This document shows, piece after piece, positions 61,293-64,000 of a stretch of DNA of 64,000 nt. The position numbers were made by a program, and so were the translations under genes. The notes beneath the pieces are model-generated. The model was not told the origin of the DNA. It did no database searches and was given only the letters and a program-made list of their open reading frames with translations. This DNA is from a candidate division WWE3 bacterium (GTDB lineage: Bacteria > Patescibacteriota > WWE3 > UBA101185 > UBA10185), in the NCBI GenBank assembly GCA_014729135.1, contig WJKK01000001.1, forward strand, positions 794,919 to 858,918. The letters are read 5' to 3'. The stretch's first letter is position 1. Each line of letters begins with the position of its first letter.

Positions 61293-64000
61293 ATGCCCGA
61301 TTCTGCCCAAGATAAAAACTACAAACAAAAAAACAGCTCAAAAACACCCCATAAGAAATATAATCTTAACGTTTCAAAAGCAGCAAAGCTTTTGGGAGTT
61401 TCCGCCTCCACGCTCCGCCGCTATGCAAAGGAAGGCAAAATCACCTCTCAGCGAGCAGAAAATGGCTACCGAAAGTTCTCAAAAACCGATGTTTTAGAGC
61501 TGAAGGATCGCTTGGCAGAGGAAGAGCGCCAAAAGGAGTTGGCCAAACAACAAAAGATGGAAAGAAATCCCAAAGCGATATCCGCACCGAAAAGCTCCTC
61601 GTTGTCGACGAGAAATGCAAGTCCTTCGGGCATTACACATCAACGTTACAACTCCGAATCCCGAATCAAGTCCAGAATGACAGGTACAAAAACAAAGGCA
61701 AAAACGAAAATTATCAAGCCCCGCAAAAAACAAAAGGAAGCAAACAAACTCCCACCGGCAGCTAAAAAAAGAATTCGACAAACAACAAATGCAACTGCCC
61801 TTGCAGGCATAACAAAGGGCATGTCGGCAGGAATCACCGCTTCAGCTATGGCCTTAACCGCAACCCTGGGCCTAACGCTGGCAACTTCCATTGCACCTAA
61901 AACCGCCAGACTCCAAGCAATGACAAAGGCTGAAGATATTACGGAAGTGGGCTTGGAGCATTTGGCTAGCGTTTATATTGAGAAAGTGAACCCACAGATA
62001 GAAAAGGTGGAAAAGGGATTGGCTGCCCTGACTCCAAACTATAACGAAGAGGATTCCGCTTCCGGATCGGTGTCCAGAACGACGGGAGCAGGCGAAGTGA
62101 CAAAAAGCACACTACTCTCCCGCTTAACAGGCAACAAAGAAAACCAACAAGGAATACTAGCCTCCAAACTCTCACCTGAACTTGCAGCTAAAATCCCCGC
62201 AGAATTTTCCTCCAAACTTGCACAAGCCCCCAAAATTCTAGGGCGAAGAACAACCCGACCCGACTTTGCCCTAGAACTCAACGTTCCCACCACAGTTCGA
62301 AACGACCTCACCGTAGAAGGAGCCATCACCGCTCAAACCTTATCCGTGCTTGCTGGCGGTCTATCAACTGAGAACCAGGGTATTGACACTGGAACAGGTG
62401 CTCTGACAGCGGGCTCCTTAACCTTTACAGCAGGAAGCACGGGCAGCCTCAACAACCTACTAACAATTGACGATCAAACTCAAACCACTCTAGAAGAAAC
62501 ATTAGAACTTGACGGCGATTTAGAAGGGACACTTGACGAGACAACAATAGCAACTCTTGGTGGAGCAGATGTAGGCGACATAGACTCCGGAGAACTTTTA
62601 ATATTAGACGGTGATGAAATCACATCCGGTGAAATAACTGACTTAGACACAACAGCAATTACAGAACTAGGCACAATCTCAACCGGAACCTGGACAGCAA
62701 CAGAAATAGGACCAACTTACGGAGGCACAGGACTCACAACATACACAACAGGCGACCTCCTCTACTCCTCCGCCTCAAACACGCTCGCAGCTCTCAACAT
62801 AGGCACAGAAGGCTACGTTCTCACTTCGACATCCGGAGTGCCAGCATGGACCGACATAGCCTCCGCCACAAACGCAGTTATTGGCAACCGCATTTACACC
62901 GAAAACAACTACGTCACGGACAGCCAAACAGTGACAGCCTCCATAGAAGCCTTGGACACCTCCATTTACGCCACATTTGGAAACCGCACCTACACCGAAG
63001 ACAACTTTGTAACCGATGCAGAAAGCATAACCTCCTCCATCGACGCACTTGACCAAGCAGTCTACTCCAACGCCTCCGGAGAAACAGGCCTCTGGAGAGT
63101 TTCAGACTCCGGAACATACATTTACCCAAACAACTTCTCCACCCTAGCAGTAACCGACTCCGGAAGACTTGGCATTGGCACCACCTCCCCCGACGCAGAG
63201 TTGCACGTTGAAGGCAGCGTTGTTCTGGGAGGCGATTCCAACGACACTATCACCTTTACAGGAGGAGTGACAACAGGCGGGTCACTTACTCCCGCCATAA
63301 ACCTAGGAGCAGACCTGGGGTCAGAAGACAAACGCTTCAACAACATCTACGTAGAAAACATCAACAACAACTCCCAATTAGAACAAGGCGGACAGGCAAT
63401 TTTCTCCTACGTTCCCGGAACCGCAGAAGGAAGCGACGAAACCAGCTGGACAGAGTCCACTGTTAGAATCAACCCAACAACTGCCCCAACCGACTCCTGG
63501 CTCTTTGGACTTGGTGTAGCCGGAAGCGAAGTAGCCGGAATCTACCATGACGGTGACTCATATTTTGAAGGCAGCATGGGAATCGGCCGTACTTCCCCAT
63601 CCGCAAAACTACATATAGAAGGAACCACCGAGCAACTACGTTTAGGCTATGACAGCAGCAACTACACCAGTTTTACTATAGGCAGCGACGGCGAACTGAC
63701 AATCGCAGACAGCGGAACAGACGTAGCCGTACTAGGCGCAACCCAAGCCAAATTCAGCGTACCAACCACATTCGACTCCGCGGGGGACGTGTCAATTGCA
63801 AACGACCTCGTCTTTACAAACCAAACCAGCGCCAACATTCAGTCCTATGGTCCTTTATATATAGAAGCGGGCGAAAATTTTGAAAACAACGATCTGACGC
63901 TAAAAACCTACGGCACAGGCAACGTCGCCATGGACCTTTCCGGCACGGGCTACCTGCACTTAATGGCTACGGACCCCGCAATTGTTTTTGACACGGCAAC
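61293..64000 (+). CDS. giant membrane/surface protein, 5' partial (over 900 aa in the window): N-terminal MerR/Xis-like HTH, Lys-rich linker, one TM helix, then Thr/Gly-rich repeats with phage-tail-fibre-like IGTTSP...LHVEG motifs
   Basis: Translated by hand in the frame of the ATG at 61293, with no stop codon through 64000. HTH: NVSKAAKLLGVSASTLRRYAKEGKITSQRAENGYRKFSKTDVLEL. TM: GMSAGITASAMALTATLGLTLATSIA. Repeats: LGIGTTSPDAELHVEGS and MGIGRTSPSAKLHIEGT. A TTGACT-N17-TACTAT promoter-like sequence lies about 120 nt upstream. Not in the supplied track because the ORF runs off the window edge. Confidence 0.6.
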   Translation, partial: MPDSAQDKNYKQKNSSKTPHKKYNLNVSKAAKLLGVSASTLRRYAKEGKITSQRAENGYRKFSKTDVLELKDRLAEEERQKELAKQQKMERNPKAISAPKSSSLSTRNASPSGITHQRYNSESRIKSRMTGTKTKAKTKIIKPRKKQKEANKLPPAAKKRIRQTTNATALAGITKGMSAGITASAMALTATLGLTLATSIAPKTARLQAMTKAEDITEVGLEHLASVYIEKVNPQIEKVEKGLAALTPNYNEEDSASGSVSRTTGAGEVTKSTLLSRLTGNKENQQGILASKLSPELAAKIPAEFSSKLAQAPKILGRRTTRPDFALELNVPTTVRNDLTVEGAITAQTLSVLAGGLSTENQGIDTGTGALTAGSLTFTAGSTGSLNNLLTIDDQTQTTLEETLELDGDLEGTLDETTIATLGGADVGDIDSGELLILDGDEITSGEITDLDTTAITELGTISTGTWTATEIGPTYGGTGLTTYTTGDLLYSSASNTLAALNIGTEGYVLTSTSGVPAWTDIASATNAVIGNRIYTENNYVTDSQTVTASIEALDTSIYATFGNRTYTEDNFVTDAESITSSIDALDQAVYSNASGETGLWRVSDSGTYIYPNNFSTLAVTDSGRLGIGTTSPDAELHVEGSVVLGGDSNDTITFTGGVTTGGSLTPAINLGADLGSEDKRFNNIYVENINNNSQLEQGGQAIFSYVPGTAEGSDETSWTESTVRINPTTAPTDSWLFGLGVAGSEVAGIYHDGDSYFEGSMGIGRTSPSAKLHIEGTTEQLRLGYDSSNYTSFTIGSDGELTIADSGTDVAVLGATQAKFSVPTTFDSAGDVSIANDLVFTNQTSANIQSYGPLYIEAGENFENNDLTLKTYGTGNVAMDLSGTGYLHLMATDPAIVFDTA

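Noticed and set aside
61494-63346. Minus-strand track ORFs 61494..63346 (several, Cys/Arg-rich)
   Set aside because: They are antisense to the long plus-strand giant-protein ORF that runs to the window edge; the plus strand has the coherent domain structure.

Overview
This window is a 64-kb stretch of a low-GC (about 43%) bacterial chromosome dominated by housekeeping genes. Read in order along the window, the calls are:

- C-terminus of a peptide chain release factor.
- A GC-rich gene for a membrane-anchored secreted protein of unknown function.
- htrA and the ctp tail-specific protease.
- Two vapBC toxin-antitoxin pairs.
- rpsR-ssb-rpsF, ychF, a Fic-domain protein, a small methyltransferase-like protein, cysS, recR, dnaX and pth.
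- ybeY, a GatB/YqeY-like protein, rpsU, rseP, frr, tsf and rpsB.
- A nucleotide-metabolism cluster: an APH/choline-kinase-family kinase convergent with a minus-strand operon of a tandem cytidylyltransferase, a HIT protein, dCMP deaminase and an unusually large thymidylate-synthase-like protein.
- topA, then the mrdA-mreD-mreC-mreB cell-shape operon.
- A REP-associated tyrosine transposase (RAYT), then def-fmt and rpmB.
- Four tRNA genes: Thr(TGT), Tyr(GTA), Thr(GGT) and Trp(CCA).
- An RRM-type RNA-binding protein, then a bacterial alpha-2-macroglobulin and its PBP1c (pbpC) partner.
- An M50 site-2 protease, secE-nusG-rplK-rplA, and an F-type ATP synthase operon (c-like/b/delta/alpha/gamma/beta/epsilon) with no adjacent a-subunit gene.
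- At the 3' edge, the start of a giant surface protein that begins with a MerR/Xis-like HTH.

The most distinctive property of the window is its repeat content. There are at least four families of short palindromic dispersed repeats. One of them (GGGACAGTCC-N7-GGACTGTCCC) flanks the RAYT gene and is also inserted in-frame into dnaX and mrdA. Other families sit in-frame within ychF, the ThyA-like gene and the dCMP deaminase gene. A 78-bp structured repeat occurs twice.

The tRNA-Trp/secE junction is interrupted by an 11.9-kb accessory segment carrying vapBC, the RNA-binding protein and the A2M-pbpC pair.

Every assignment rests on reading motifs in the supplied translations and the raw sequence; no database searches were possible.
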